Source: an uncultured virus (IMG/VR IMGVR_UViG_3300029928_000270)
Lineage: Duplodnaviria; Heunggongvirae; Uroviricota; Caudoviricetes
Reading direction: 5' to 3' (one strand)
Length of the DNA stretch: 63,123 nucleotides
IMG/VR virus record: IMGVR_UViG_3300029928_000270
Shown piece after piece: positions 9,198-19,106 of this stretch. A model generated the notes under the pieces. It ran no database searches and was not told where the DNA came from. It was given only the letters and a program-made list of their open reading frames with translations. Made by a program: the position numbers and the translations under genes. Each line of letters opens with the position of its first letter. Positions within the stretch are counted from its first letter, which is position 1.

Positions 9198-10373
9198 TTG
9201 CAGATAAGAGACGTTTTGTATGGAGATATGAGTTTCTCAGACGATGAAAGTAAGCTGATAAACTCATACTCCTTTAATAGACTTAGAAAAATAAAGCAGT
9301 TAGCCTTTGGTGAGTACATATTTCCGGGAGCAACTCATAATAGATACAGTCATTCGTTAGGAGTTGCAACTGTAATCTCACAGATGTTTGATTCTGTTGA
9401 TGCAAAGAATAAGGGGTATTTGACAGAGGAGGATAGAAATCTATTAAGGATGATGGGTTTAGTTCATGATATGGGGCATAGCCCCTACTCTCATAGTAGT
9501 ATGGCTTTAAGTGAGATTACTCACGAGGACAGGTTACCCGATATTCTCAATTTTGAGTCAAATAATGTGGTTTTGGATAACTCTTTTGGAGTTGACCCTA
9601 AAGATTTGATAACACAGACTTATCTTGGTGAGGGTGCTTTGTTTTACAGTAATGATAAGCTGATACTATTACATGAGTTTATGGACAGTTTTATTGATGC
9701 AGATAAGATGGATTATTTAAGGCGAGACTCTTATATGTGTGGTTTAAGTTATGGTAACTTTGAGTTCCATGACTTAATAAGGTCTTTGACCTTGATACCC
9801 AGTAAATCGGGTGTATACCACTTAGGTATTACTCCAGACGGCTTACATGCTTTGGAGAGTTTTGTTTTGGCAAGGTATTACATGTTCAGTAAGGTCTATT
9901 TAGACCCTATATCCTGCTTATATGATAAGTTATATTTGCAGGAAGTTCGTAGATATCTTCCAAACGGTTGTATGCCCGATGATATAAAGAAGTTCTTAAC
10001 TTGGGATGATACGAAGCTGATTGGTAAGTTGAGTTTCCTTGATGACACGGGATTTGAGTTAGTTTATGACCAAGATTTTGATGAAATTGCTATGCAGGTA
10101 ATCGATTCAAGACTCGGTGGGTATCTGCTTAAGGATATTGTTAAGAAAGCAGTTTACAGGAAGAATGAGAATGACTCTCAAATATATGTACGGGATGATG
10201 TGTTAGGTAGGGTTACCCCTGCAACAGAGTTATCTCCGTTACTTAAGCGTATGGAGTTTGAAAGGTTGCATAGACTTCGGTATTATGCTCCAAAGCCTAT
10301 TGCAGATGAGTTGAGAAATAAAATCAGGGTAGTTTTGGAAGGAGCGTTTAAGTATGCGAAATATGGAGTATGA
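9198..10373 (+). CDS. HD-domain phosphohydrolase (YwfO/SAMHD1-like dNTP triphosphohydrolase)
   Basis: RLRKIKQL, FPGATHNRYSHSLG, HDMGHSPYSH, DADKMDYLRRD. Confidence 0.9.
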   Translation: MQIRDVLYGDMSFSDDESKLINSYSFNRLRKIKQLAFGEYIFPGATHNRYSHSLGVATVISQMFDSVDAKNKGYLTEEDRNLLRMMGLVHDMGHSPYSHSSMALSEITHEDRLPDILNFESNNVVLDNSFGVDPKDLITQTYLGEGALFYSNDKLILLHEFMDSFIDADKMDYLRRDSYMCGLSYGNFEFHDLIRSLTLIPSKSGVYHLGITPDGLHALESFVLARYYMFSKVYLDPISCLYDKLYLQEVRRYLPNGCMPDDIKKFLTWDDTKLIGKLSFLDDTGFELVYDQDFDEIAMQVIDSRLGGYLLKDIVKKAVYRKNENDSQIYVRDDVLGRVTPATELSPLLKRMEFERLHRLRYYAPKPIADELRNKIRVVLEGAFKYAKYGV

Positions 10374-10899
10374 CAGAAGGGTATCCACTTATGTGTTTAC
10401 ATACGGTAAAAAGATAGACAGTGGCAGTTTGATGTGCTATTTATATTTCGCTCAGAAGGTTGGATTTGATTTAGGTTTCAACTTTAGAGCGTCATGTAGC
10501 GGTGTAACATCAAGAAAAGCAGAAGGGTATATCGGTGATTTACTTACCAATGATTTGCTTTGCTATGACAGCCAGTCATTGTCATATACGTATAACGTTA
10601 CAAGAGATAATGAAGTTCGTATCAAGTGCATTGATTTGGATGTGTTAGATGCAATAGTAACCTTAATGGGCGACCTTTCAGCGTGGGAGTTATCTTTTGT
10701 AGCCACTTTGGACATTTTGCAGGACGATGCTTATCACACGTTGAGTGGTCAGGCTTTTGACTATGAGGACGTGAAGAGTATGGTAGTCGCTTCTATGAAG
10801 CGTTTTTGTAATGGGTATACTAATGAGTTGTTCGAAGCAGCATCGGAACGACTTGTTCACTTGTATGAGTTAAAATCAAAATTCAATTTGGAGGTGTAG
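10354..10899 (+). CDS. YwgA-like winged-helix protein
   Basis: LYFAQKVGFDLGFNF...GVTS pattern; overlaps the HD gene as in the ywfO-ywgA pairing. Confidence 0.45.
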   Translation: MRNMEYDRRVSTYVFTYGKKIDSGSLMCYLYFAQKVGFDLGFNFRASCSGVTSRKAEGYIGDLLTNDLLCYDSQSLSYTYNVTRDNEVRIKCIDLDVLDAIVTLMGDLSAWELSFVATLDILQDDAYHTLSGQAFDYEDVKSMVVASMKRFCNGYTNELFEAASERLVHLYELKSKFNLEV

Positions 10900-10901
10900 G
10901 T

Positions 10902-11249
10902 ATGATTTTGTTAGCAGAGGGTAGTGGAGTTTATCCTGCAGATGAGGAAGAACGATTTAAGGAAGGTTCTAAGGAACTTAAGCTGAATGAAGGTAAAGTA
11001 TACATAAGAGAGGTTACACGACAGAACATGTTTGACTTAATTTCAGACCTTGCTATGTTGCACTCAGCCCAGCTCGAAGTATTGAAGGGTATTTATCAAA
11101 ATGAGATTCCTTTGAGCAGTGAAGACCTTAGAGGGTATTTAAATACTTTGCGTGATACAGGTGAGAAATGGCAGAGAGATATTGAGCAGTTGGAGAAGTC
11201 TTTCAGAGATGTGGTGAATTTTGGCACAGAAAGTGCTGAAAATAAATAA
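10902..11249 (+). CDS. hypothetical protein
   Basis: GGAGG RBS, operonic. Confidence 0.6.
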   Translation: MILLAEGSGVYPADEEERFKEGSKELKLNEGKVYIREVTRQNMFDLISDLAMLHSAQLEVLKGIYQNEIPLSSEDLRGYLNTLRDTGEKWQRDIEQLEKSFRDVVNFGTESAENK

Positions 11250-11262
11250 GGAGGATTTATAA

Positions 11263-11865
11263 GTGGAAGTTAGGTATTTTGACTATGCACGTAAGATGTG
11301 CGATGGTAAACCAGTAGTTGAAGGTGAAGGAGAAGGAAGAAAGGAAGTACGTGCTTATGTAGGTGCGCATCTACCGGAGTATCAAACAAGAAATTCAGCA
11401 GGTGCAGATTTTTGCAGTGCAGAAACAGTAACAATTCCCAGTGTTTGGAAAGCACTTAAGCGGATGTGTGAAGCAGGTGTTATGAATAAGGAGACCCTTA
11501 AGTCTTGTGTTGAGAACGAGGAAGTTCTCGGGGATTACTTCAAGCCAGTAAGAGTACATACGGGTATTAAGGCTTGTATGTGCGAAGATGAGGTTCTTGA
11601 ACTTTACAACAGAAGTTCAAATCCTATCAAGTTAGGATTGGTTCTTGCAAACAGTGTTGGGGTAGTTGATGCAGATTACTTTGAGAACAAAGACAATGAT
11701 GGCGAAATCAGTTTTGCTTTCTACAACTTCTCTTACGAGGATGTGACAATCCATGAAGGCGACCGTATTGGTCAGGGAGTTTTCAAGAAGTTTCTCAGAC
11801 CAACTACGAATATCCGTGTAAAGGATGAGGAGAGAGCAGGCGGATACGGTTCAACAGGCAGATAA
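11263..11865 (+). CDS. dut: trimeric dUTPase
   Basis: SAGADF, NRSS, GVVDADY, GDRIGQG, RAGGYGSTG. Confidence 0.93.
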   Translation: MEVRYFDYARKMCDGKPVVEGEGEGRKEVRAYVGAHLPEYQTRNSAGADFCSAETVTIPSVWKALKRMCEAGVMNKETLKSCVENEEVLGDYFKPVRVHTGIKACMCEDEVLELYNRSSNPIKLGLVLANSVGVVDADYFENKDNDGEISFAFYNFSYEDVTIHEGDRIGQGVFKKFLRPTTNIRVKDEERAGGYGSTGR

Positions 11866-11896
11866 GTAAGGTGTCACATTAAGTTGGAGGTTAGCT

Positions 11897-12937
11897 ATGT
11901 TAGTTAGGGAGTTTAAGGAGCAATATTCAGATATGTATCCCGAAGAATTTTTGGGATGCTTGCCCGAGACTTGTTTTAACCCAAGTTGCGGAAGTCCTAC
12001 CGAGATTTCCGCGGTTTTAACTGGTCTGCATTGCAGTAATCCAAGATGTCCCGACAAGATTGTCAAGAGAATAACTCATATCATGAGTGACTTGGGTGTA
12101 AAGGATTTTGGTGGCTCACGTGCGGCAGATTTTGTTGCATCGTATGGAGTTAGAAATCCTCTTGCAGTGTTTGCTTATGAACCGAGTGATGGAACCCTTG
12201 GTTCGGGTATTTCTATGGAGTTAAGCCAGAGAATATTTGACCAGATAAGCAAAAAGAAGAGTTTTGCACTTTGGGAGTATGTTCGTACAGCTCACTTGCC
12301 GTACATACAGAGTAGTGCCTTAACTCTCTTTGGTGGGTTTGATAACTTGGCAGATGCTTATGATAAAATCGAGTCAGGTGGTGTAGAGTACATCAGAGAA
12401 AAGTTGGGTATTCAGAAACAGGACAATAAGATGCCCGAAGATGCAGAGGTTTTGGAGGATGAGTATTCTGACCTTGAAGTAAGTATTCCATCCGTATCTG
12501 TGAGAGCGGTTAAGATTTTTGAAGTTTTGATGACTTTTAAGCAAGACCTCTTTGAGTACCTCGACTTTGTGACAATTATTCCGTTAAATTCGGATGATGT
12601 AGTCACTTTGAAGGCAGTTTGTTCTGAGGAGGTGGGTGCACCTTTCAGTACCAAGGCAGACTTCTATTCTACAGTTAATGGTTTGTACCCTAATCTACAT
12701 GTAGAGTTTCTTAAGACAGTAAATGCTTCAATTGATTATCTTGTTTGGGCGGGCGCAGATGGAAGTCCCGTGCGTGTGACAAATAAGGTAATGAAGGTGA
12801 GAGGGTACAATGAGAAGTATGAGGCACGAAAAGAAAGCGGCAGTCTTAAAGACGGTGACCATTATATTCCAATTGTAACAGCAATGGAGTTCTTGGGTAT
12901 TCTTGAAGGGAAGTCGAAAGGATTGAGTGCTGAATAA
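11897..12937 (+). CDS. NAD-dependent DNA ligase C-terminal-like protein (Zn finger-HhH-BRCT), no adenylation domain
   Basis: LPETC..PSCGS...LHCSNPRCP...ITH...LGVKDFG; C-term TVNASIDYLV..G...NKVMK BRCT-like. Confidence 0.7.
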   Translation: MLVREFKEQYSDMYPEEFLGCLPETCFNPSCGSPTEISAVLTGLHCSNPRCPDKIVKRITHIMSDLGVKDFGGSRAADFVASYGVRNPLAVFAYEPSDGTLGSGISMELSQRIFDQISKKKSFALWEYVRTAHLPYIQSSALTLFGGFDNLADAYDKIESGGVEYIREKLGIQKQDNKMPEDAEVLEDEYSDLEVSIPSVSVRAVKIFEVLMTFKQDLFEYLDFVTIIPLNSDDVVTLKAVCSEEVGAPFSTKADFYSTVNGLYPNLHVEFLKTVNASIDYLVWAGADGSPVRVTNKVMKVRGYNEKYEARKESGSLKDGDHYIPIVTAMEFLGILEGKSKGLSAE

Positions 12938-12950
12938 GTTTGTGAAATAC

Positions 12951-12991
12951 AGGGTTATTACTTATTAGTTGTAAGTAATAACCCTTATTTT
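12951..12991 (+). terminator. Intrinsic terminator
   Basis: AGGGTTATTACTTA/TAAGTAATAACCCT + TATTTT. Confidence 0.75.
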
Positions 12992-12994
12992 GTC

Positions 12995-13023
12995 TTGACT
13001 TTTAATAAGTTGTATGGTATAAT
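12995..13023 (+). promoter_or_regulatory. sigma-A-type promoter
   Basis: TTGACT-17-TATAAT, AGTTGTATGGTATAAT. Confidence 0.8.
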
Positions 13024-13054
13024 ACATACATAAACTGTAAAGGAGGTTTTATGT

Positions 13055-14002
13055 ATGAAAGTAGATTATAACGAGGTAGTTGGTGACTTTAATTCCGATT
13101 TAAGCGTTGATACGGAGAAGGTTTTCAGTAATAATATCTTAGTGCCGTCAACCATAAGTCTTAGAGGTAACGATTATGGAAGAGGAGTTGTACCTTTGAG
13201 CGCATCTGCACCATTGGATGTGATATTTTCCACTCCATATGTGATATATGAGATAACAGCGGAACTTGCTTGCAGAGTATGGGGTAGTTTCGAAGGTATT
13301 GAAGACCTCCATATCTTTATGTATTTTAATGCTTCGGAGGACGAACTTGTAATTCTCAGAGCCGAGGGGGATGAGTTACGTGTAGGTGGTTTTGCTTGTG
13401 GTGTGAGAGTTGATAAGAGTACCTTGGAGTTCTACGGCACTGGCGAGGAGGAATATATTGACGGAAGTCGTGTGTTTGTAGACCCGACAGTTGGGGGTGT
13501 TGTGTTATGGCATTCCATCATGTCTGTGTTCGGTTCAGATGATTCAGAGTTCAATCTTGGAAATCTATTTTACTGGGTAGATTATGTAAACTCAAGGAAG
13601 TCTGGCTTCACAGTAACTCAGGAGGAGTTTGACAATTTAATGGACTCCAAGATTGAGTTTATTGAACGTAACGGGGTTAAGAGACAGGTCAGAGAGTTAC
13701 TCATTGATGAAGAAGATGTTGAGTACCTGTCAGAGTTGTGTGAGCACGATAACGGGTATATGCCCGATGGCACTTGTCTTGCCTTATCAAAGTTTGATAT
13801 GCCCTATTACACTCTCAGACTGGATGGTTTTGAAGTTCCTATTATCCGATTTGGTGCAACTTTTGATGCATCGATGTTTGAGGATGCTGAGTCTGAAGAC
13901 TATGTTGATTTTGGAGAGTTGGATATATTTGATGAAGATGCAGAGCCTTTAGACAAAGATGATGACGATGACTGGTGTGATTGCGGAAACGACAGTCTGT
14001 AA
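13055..14002 (+). CDS. acidic hypothetical protein
   Basis: 315 aa, own promoter, RBS and terminator. Confidence 0.7.
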   Translation: MKVDYNEVVGDFNSDLSVDTEKVFSNNILVPSTISLRGNDYGRGVVPLSASAPLDVIFSTPYVIYEITAELACRVWGSFEGIEDLHIFMYFNASEDELVILRAEGDELRVGGFACGVRVDKSTLEFYGTGEEEYIDGSRVFVDPTVGGVVLWHSIMSVFGSDDSEFNLGNLFYWVDYVNSRKSGFTVTQEEFDNLMDSKIEFIERNGVKRQVRELLIDEEDVEYLSELCEHDNGYMPDGTCLALSKFDMPYYTLRLDGFEVPIIRFGATFDASMFEDAESEDYVDFGELDIFDEDAEPLDKDDDDDWCDCGNDSL

Positions 14003-14015
14003 CCAGTAGTGACAG

Positions 14016-14047
14016 ATAGCGGATACTAAGTTGTATCCGCTATTTTT
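14016..14047 (+). terminator. Intrinsic terminator
   Basis: ATAGCGGATAC/GTATCCGCTAT + TTTT. Confidence 0.75.
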
Positions 14048-14079
14048 ATGTAGACGTTTTTATTTTGGGTGAGGCTATA

Positions 14080-14108
14080 TTGACTACTGTAAAGTTGTAT
14101 GGTAAAAT
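14080..14108 (+). promoter_or_regulatory. sigma-A-type promoter
   Basis: TTGACT-17-TAAAAT, AGTTGTATGG. Confidence 0.7.
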
Positions 14109-14255
14109 ATACCTAAATTAGTTGTAGTGTGATTATTTTTATGAAATGTAGTGCTAAGTGTGCTTCAGAGTATGAAATTTTTGAGTTTCTTAGACGTTAA
14201 GGATTTAGCTAAGTTGCTCTATACTACACATCAAATTTTTGTCGGAGGTTTTGAG

Positions 14256-14546
14256 ATGAATTTACATAGTTCTGACGGAGAGAATATGTATACTTGCGAA
14301 ATGACAGCCAAAGTTGAGGGTATCTTGCATAATACTGGAAATGATGCAAGAGTATTTCTTAAACGTGGTACAGGTTCTACTTTTTACATGTATGCAAATA
14401 AAGTATTAGTTGCACTAATTGAGATTGACTCTGCTGACAATGAAATAGTGGATATTTTCCCTGAGACTTGGTTTGTTAATAAGTATGGCTTACTTCCGTT
14501 ATTACCATATCTTGGACAGGCTATGATATTTGATAAGGAGGTTTAA
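14256..14546 (+). CDS. hypothetical protein
   Basis: ATG 14256 preceded by GGAGG; the ORF could extend to 14151. Confidence 0.5.
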   Translation: MNLHSSDGENMYTCEMTAKVEGILHNTGNDARVFLKRGTGSTFYMYANKVLVALIEIDSADNEIVDIFPETWFVNKYGLLPLLPYLGQAMIFDKEV

Positions 14547-14551
14547 GATAA

Positions 14552-16402
14552 ATGAAAGTAGCAAAGCAGGCGGTTGCATACTATTGTGCAGTAACTGGAA
14601 ATGAGTGGAGTGATTTCTTCTCTAAGTTAGACTTGGCATTGGCAGACCCTCAGCCTACTGGTGAGATGTGGCTGATTAAGAAGCTGATGAAGGTTATAAC
14701 AGAGAGTGGTATCACTGTATCTGAGTTCCGTGCAAACAAGGATGCAATTAAGAAGGAATTCGACGATGAGGGTAGAAAGAATGCGGGTGAGTTCTTCACC
14801 CCGATAGTTTGGGCGGAGGAAGGTCACAAATTAATCGGAAAGTATATCCCAAACTGGAGAGATATGTACCTTTGGGAGTGCAGTGCAGGTTCAGGTAACT
14901 TGGTTAAGACTGCTAAGATGGCTGAAGGTAAGTTGTTCATGTCCACATTACAGCAGGATGACGTTGATATGCTTAAAACTATGCCCGAGTTTGCAAATGC
15001 AAACGTATTTCAGTGCGATTTCCTTGAGGGACTGGATTATGACGTGTATAACACGGATTTCCTTAATAAGTTACCTCAGAGATTGCAGGAAATCATCAGA
15101 AATGATGAACCCCTCATCATATACGCTAACCCCCCTTACAAGGTAGGTTCAGCTAAGGTGACAGATGTCGGAAATTACATGACGGGTATTGGTTTGAGTA
15201 AGGCGGCATGCGACATATATTACCAGTTTGTTTGGAGAGTAATGCATTTCGTTGAGATGTTCAACTTGAAAAACTTATATTTCTGCCATTTCGGACCTCT
15301 TGCATTTTTTACTGGCTCAGGCAGTGGCAAGTTGCTTGCAGAGTACGAACATTGCTTTGAGTTTGTAGATGGCATGTGTCTTGCGGCACAGGAGTTCTCA
15401 GATACATCAAGCAGTATCTCTTGGGGTATCGGTTGTACCCTTTGGAAGTCAAGAGGTGGGTATATGCCTGAGCAGAGTCACAAGGATATTCTGCTTGAGA
15501 AGAAGTACAAACTTCCCGATGGAACAATAGGATGCGAAGGTCGTGTTCTGTATGCTCCACCTCGTCAGAAGTTGTCAGAGTGGGTACAGCCTACAGATGT
15601 TTTGTACTATGAGCAGGTTCCTTTGATGACAAGTCATCTTACTTTCAAGGGTAGTGAGATTAACGTTAAGGTTGCACCTTGTGGAGCAAAGATGGCTAAG
15701 AATGCGTTAGGTACTTTAATGTCCAATAATACATTCACAAGAGTGGAACAGCAGTCAGCGGTGTTATCAATGCCAAGTACAATTCAGCATTGTGATATAA
15801 CTGAAGAGAACTTTTGGAGATGTGTTGCATCCTACACATTTAGACGTCTTTTCAATGCAAGTTGGGCTGTAGCGAAGAAGGAGATTTCAGCTCCCAACAC
15901 TAATGTTGATGGGTATGCAGAGTGGCTTGCCAATTCTTTAGTTATATTCTTGTTTGATTGGAACAGTATGATGAGTGCAATCAGAAATGTTGAGTATGGT
16001 GGTTCTCTGTATCAGGTAAGAAATAAGCTGTTCTATTGCAGTGAGCAGGAAATCAGAGAAAACTGCACTGACGAGAAGATACTTGAGGATGTATTCTACA
16101 ATCCTGCTGAGAACGAGTTTATGTTAAGGCAGATTGAATTAGCAAGGAAGTATTGGAAACCCGAGATTAAGGAGTTATTTGACTTCTGCAAGGGGTATAC
16201 ATTAGCTACCTTAAATCTCAGAAAGACGGTAAACTATGAGGGAAGTCTTGATTGTTGGGATGCAGGTTTCCAGCAGATACGTTCAAGTCTTTGGGAGAAT
16301 GCACAGGAAGAGAAGTTAAAGACTTTGCTTTCCAAGGCTAAGGATGTATTGAGAGAGAACCTTGAGAGTTTTGGTTTCATTTCCGAAGTAGAGGGAGAAT
16401 AA
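14552..16402 (+). CDS. N6-adenine DNA methyltransferase with long C-terminal (specificity?) region
   Basis: GEFFTP, WECSAGSGNL (motif I), ANPPY (motif IV). Confidence 0.85.
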   Translation: MKVAKQAVAYYCAVTGNEWSDFFSKLDLALADPQPTGEMWLIKKLMKVITESGITVSEFRANKDAIKKEFDDEGRKNAGEFFTPIVWAEEGHKLIGKYIPNWRDMYLWECSAGSGNLVKTAKMAEGKLFMSTLQQDDVDMLKTMPEFANANVFQCDFLEGLDYDVYNTDFLNKLPQRLQEIIRNDEPLIIYANPPYKVGSAKVTDVGNYMTGIGLSKAACDIYYQFVWRVMHFVEMFNLKNLYFCHFGPLAFFTGSGSGKLLAEYEHCFEFVDGMCLAAQEFSDTSSSISWGIGCTLWKSRGGYMPEQSHKDILLEKKYKLPDGTIGCEGRVLYAPPRQKLSEWVQPTDVLYYEQVPLMTSHLTFKGSEINVKVAPCGAKMAKNALGTLMSNNTFTRVEQQSAVLSMPSTIQHCDITEENFWRCVASYTFRRLFNASWAVAKKEISAPNTNVDGYAEWLANSLVIFLFDWNSMMSAIRNVEYGGSLYQVRNKLFYCSEQEIRENCTDEKILEDVFYNPAENEFMLRQIELARKYWKPEIKELFDFCKGYTLATLNLRKTVNYEGSLDCWDAGFQQIRSSLWENAQEEKLKTLLSKAKDVLRENLESFGFISEVEGE

Positions 16403-16408
16403 ACGGGT

Positions 16409-17437
16409 ATGATGTTATCAAGCCTTAATCAGAAGGGTACTGCACCAGACGTAGTTCTGTTGCAGTGTCCAAGTTCTGTCTTATCCATGTTCATAGAGGA
16501 TAAGGTTAAGAGTATGTTAAACTCAACTCAGGATACTGTTTTCAAACTGAAAACAAAGAAAGACTTAAAAGACCTGCACATGATATGCAATATTCAGCCA
16601 TTTCAGAGTAAGAAGTGGTTGTATATTGTAGATGTGGATAGTTTCAATCCCGATAAAGAGTTTTACAACTTAGTCAAGTCAAGTACAACTGTATGTTACT
16701 TCATGATATGTTCTAAGTACATGAGTTATAAGAAAGTTAAAGAAGCGGTTAAGGGTTGTGGTGAAGTAATGGACTTTTACCTAAGTTACCTCAAAGGTGC
16801 TGACCTTGGGTATTTACATACTGAGTATGTCATAAAAACGGGTAAGAGCGAGTTACTTAGCAGGGAGATGTATCAGTATCTTAAGGATGGGTATTCCAGT
16901 GACGTTGATTCGGTAATGACCTTGTTAGATTACATAAGGACAGCCCCAGCTGACGAAAAGCCAGTTACAAAGCAGTTGATTACGGAGTTATGCGGATTAG
17001 GTGGTAATACTCTTGAGAGTTTTGTGCTTACTTTGCTTAAACCTGCTCCTAAAGCAACTGAGAGAAGTTTTGAAGTAACAATGCGAAACAGGTTTAGAGC
17101 AGGTGCAGAGTTAGCAAAGGCATATGATGAAGATTGGGGTAGGTTTGGCAACTATTTGAATAAGATAGTTTACAATATAATGTGCATCAAAGAGTTGCAG
17201 ATTTCAAATGCAATCTACAAGAGTATAAGAGATTTACCAGAGGGGTATGACGAAAAAACTCTTGCAAGATATAACCGTTATCTTTGGAGAATAAAGGAAA
17301 TTCCAATGTCGAGGGTATTAAGACTTAAGGCAGTATTATCTGAACATCAGTGGAGTGATGCACTGGATTTCACACATTTCATGTATAAGTATTATGAAGT
17401 GCAAGTAGTTTCTGAAACATTGTTGAGAGCAAATTAA
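16409..17437 (+). CDS. DNA polymerase III delta-like clamp-loader subunit (tentative)
   Basis: Size and VVLL...QPFQSKKWLYIV pattern resemble HolA; replication context. Confidence 0.4.
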   Translation: MMLSSLNQKGTAPDVVLLQCPSSVLSMFIEDKVKSMLNSTQDTVFKLKTKKDLKDLHMICNIQPFQSKKWLYIVDVDSFNPDKEFYNLVKSSTTVCYFMICSKYMSYKKVKEAVKGCGEVMDFYLSYLKGADLGYLHTEYVIKTGKSELLSREMYQYLKDGYSSDVDSVMTLLDYIRTAPADEKPVTKQLITELCGLGGNTLESFVLTLLKPAPKATERSFEVTMRNRFRAGAELAKAYDEDWGRFGNYLNKIVYNIMCIKELQISNAIYKSIRDLPEGYDEKTLARYNRYLWRIKEIPMSRVLRLKAVLSEHQWSDALDFTHFMYKYYEVQVVSETLLRAN

Positions 17438-17457
17438 GTTGTTGAAAGGAGATATTT

Positions 17458-18135
17458 ATGTTAGTAAGAGTTGACTTTGAGGATGCTAAGTCCTTCGGCA
17501 GAAATAAACTTATCACTAAGGTAGGTAACAAAAAGAAGCAGGTTCTACTTTTGGTGAGTGTAGACAATACAAACATCAGAGAAGCAATCGACTTTGCAGT
17601 TGGAAATCCGAGTGTGGCTTCTTTGGTTTATGAGGGCACAGAGCAGTATTTCTCTCTGATTTCCGAGTTAGATACAAAAGGAGTGTATATCTGCAAGGTT
17701 GAGCAGGTAGGTGAAGATGTTTCAGAGGAGAGTATTGCGGAATTACTGCAGATACTTCCTGCTTGGGCGACTCTTGTTGTTGAACTGCCCGAAACTTACA
17801 AAAATATGGAGTTTGTCTGCAAGATGTGCGAAAAGTATCCTCGAGTGCGCTTCAGTGGTGGGTATTTGTTTAACTTTTCAGATGCCAGACTGGGTATTTG
17901 TGGAGATGATATTCTTGAGAAATTAAACAGCAAGCCTGATATTGGTCTTATCCGTGAAGGTGATTGCTGTGGCACTTCAGTTGTAAACTTCAATGAAGTG
18001 GAGATAAGTATTGCAACTGCAAAGGATAGAGTTTCAACAGGAAGTTCAGAGAAATCAGCACCTAAGAAGAAAACAATATCTTTCGGAGATTTGTTTGGTG
18101 GCAATTCTGCCTTTGGCTCTGTTGGCAGTTTGTAA
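17458..18135 (+). CDS. hypothetical protein
   Basis: AAGGAG RBS, 225 aa. Confidence 0.65.
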   Translation: MLVRVDFEDAKSFGRNKLITKVGNKKKQVLLLVSVDNTNIREAIDFAVGNPSVASLVYEGTEQYFSLISELDTKGVYICKVEQVGEDVSEESIAELLQILPAWATLVVELPETYKNMEFVCKMCEKYPRVRFSGGYLFNFSDARLGICGDDILEKLNSKPDIGLIREGDCCGTSVVNFNEVEISIATAKDRVSTGSSEKSAPKKKTISFGDLFGGNSAFGSVGSL

Positions 18136-18159
18136 TCTTTGTGCGTGGGAGGTAGAACT

Positions 18160-18600
18160 ATGCTTGATAGATTGTTTGCTTGGCTTTTCAGCTTGAGTAA
18201 TTCACAGTTATTTGCTTTAATAATTGGAGTAATAGTTTTCTTTGTAGTTTTGTCAGTAGTTAAAAAGGTGTTCAAGTTCATAATGTTGGGTATTGCAGTA
18301 GTTGCCTTGCTCTTGTATTTTGGCTTGGTGACACCCGAACAGTTAAAATCAAGTGCTGAGTTACTTTCCGATAAGGTTAAGCAGGAAGAAATTGTAAACC
18401 TCTCAATCATATCAAACAAGGTGAGGGTATCTAACGGAGTGATTGAGTTCTGTATAAACGATGTATGGTATTGTGTAGATGACATAGAGCGTTTACGTGT
18501 AAATTCAGACGGTGTTTATATGCTTGAGGTTAAAGACTCTGAGGTAAAGGTAGCTGATAAGGATGTTCAGAGGTTATTAGATTGTCTCTCAGAGGACTGA
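18160..18600 (+). CDS. membrane protein
   Basis: Two N-terminal TM helices; GGAGG RBS. Confidence 0.65.
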   Translation: MLDRLFAWLFSLSNSQLFALIIGVIVFFVVLSVVKKVFKFIMLGIAVVALLLYFGLVTPEQLKSSAELLSDKVKQEEIVNLSIISNKVRVSNGVIEFCINDVWYCVDDIERLRVNSDGVYMLEVKDSEVKVADKDVQRLLDCLSED

Positions 18601-18618
18601 TTAGGTGTTCATTCAGCC

Positions 18619-18647
18619 TTGACTTTTAAGTAGTTACATGGTATAAT
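18619..18647 (+). promoter_or_regulatory. sigma-A-type promoter
   Basis: TTGACT-17-TATAAT. Confidence 0.8.
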
Positions 18648-18679
18648 TGTATTACAAAATAAAATCGGAGGTAGTATTT

Positions 18680-19021
18680 ATGTGTAATTGCAGTTGTGAA
18701 AATGATAAATCAATGGGTTCTCAGACTTTAGCTCTGCTTCAGGCAGTAAACAGATTTGTAGTGGAGTGTGACCCTTGGGAAGACCTTGTGTGTGCAATGA
18801 TTGTAGAAGCCTATATCAAGCATGAAAAGAATGAGGAGTTGACTCCGCTTGACAGGGCACTGCTTATGACACGGTATGCAGAGTTCTATCCGTTTCATGC
18901 AGAGGATGAGAGTTTGAGTGCAATCTGCGAGCAGATGCTTCAGAGCCAGTTCCTTTCTATGTTAGGTTTAGAGCGTGTCGAATTTTGGGAAAGATTGCAT
19001 GAGGTTTATGGGTTAGCTTAA
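18680..19021 (+). CDS. hypothetical protein
   Basis: ATG after GGAGG. Confidence 0.6.
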   Translation: MCNCSCENDKSMGSQTLALLQAVNRFVVECDPWEDLVCAMIVEAYIKHEKNEELTPLDRALLMTRYAEFYPFHAEDESLSAICEQMLQSQFLSMLGLERVEFWERLHEVYGLA

Positions 19022-19065
19022 TCAGGTATTTTTGGCGAGTGGTTGTACATTTTTTGTATAACCAC

Positions 19066-19094
19066 TTGCTCTTTTTGTCACAATATGGTATAAT
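19066..19094 (+). promoter_or_regulatory. sigma-A-type promoter overlapping upstream terminator hairpin
   Basis: TTGCTC-17-TATAAT with TG. Confidence 0.55.
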
Positions 19095-19106
19095 TGTAGT
19101 TGACAA

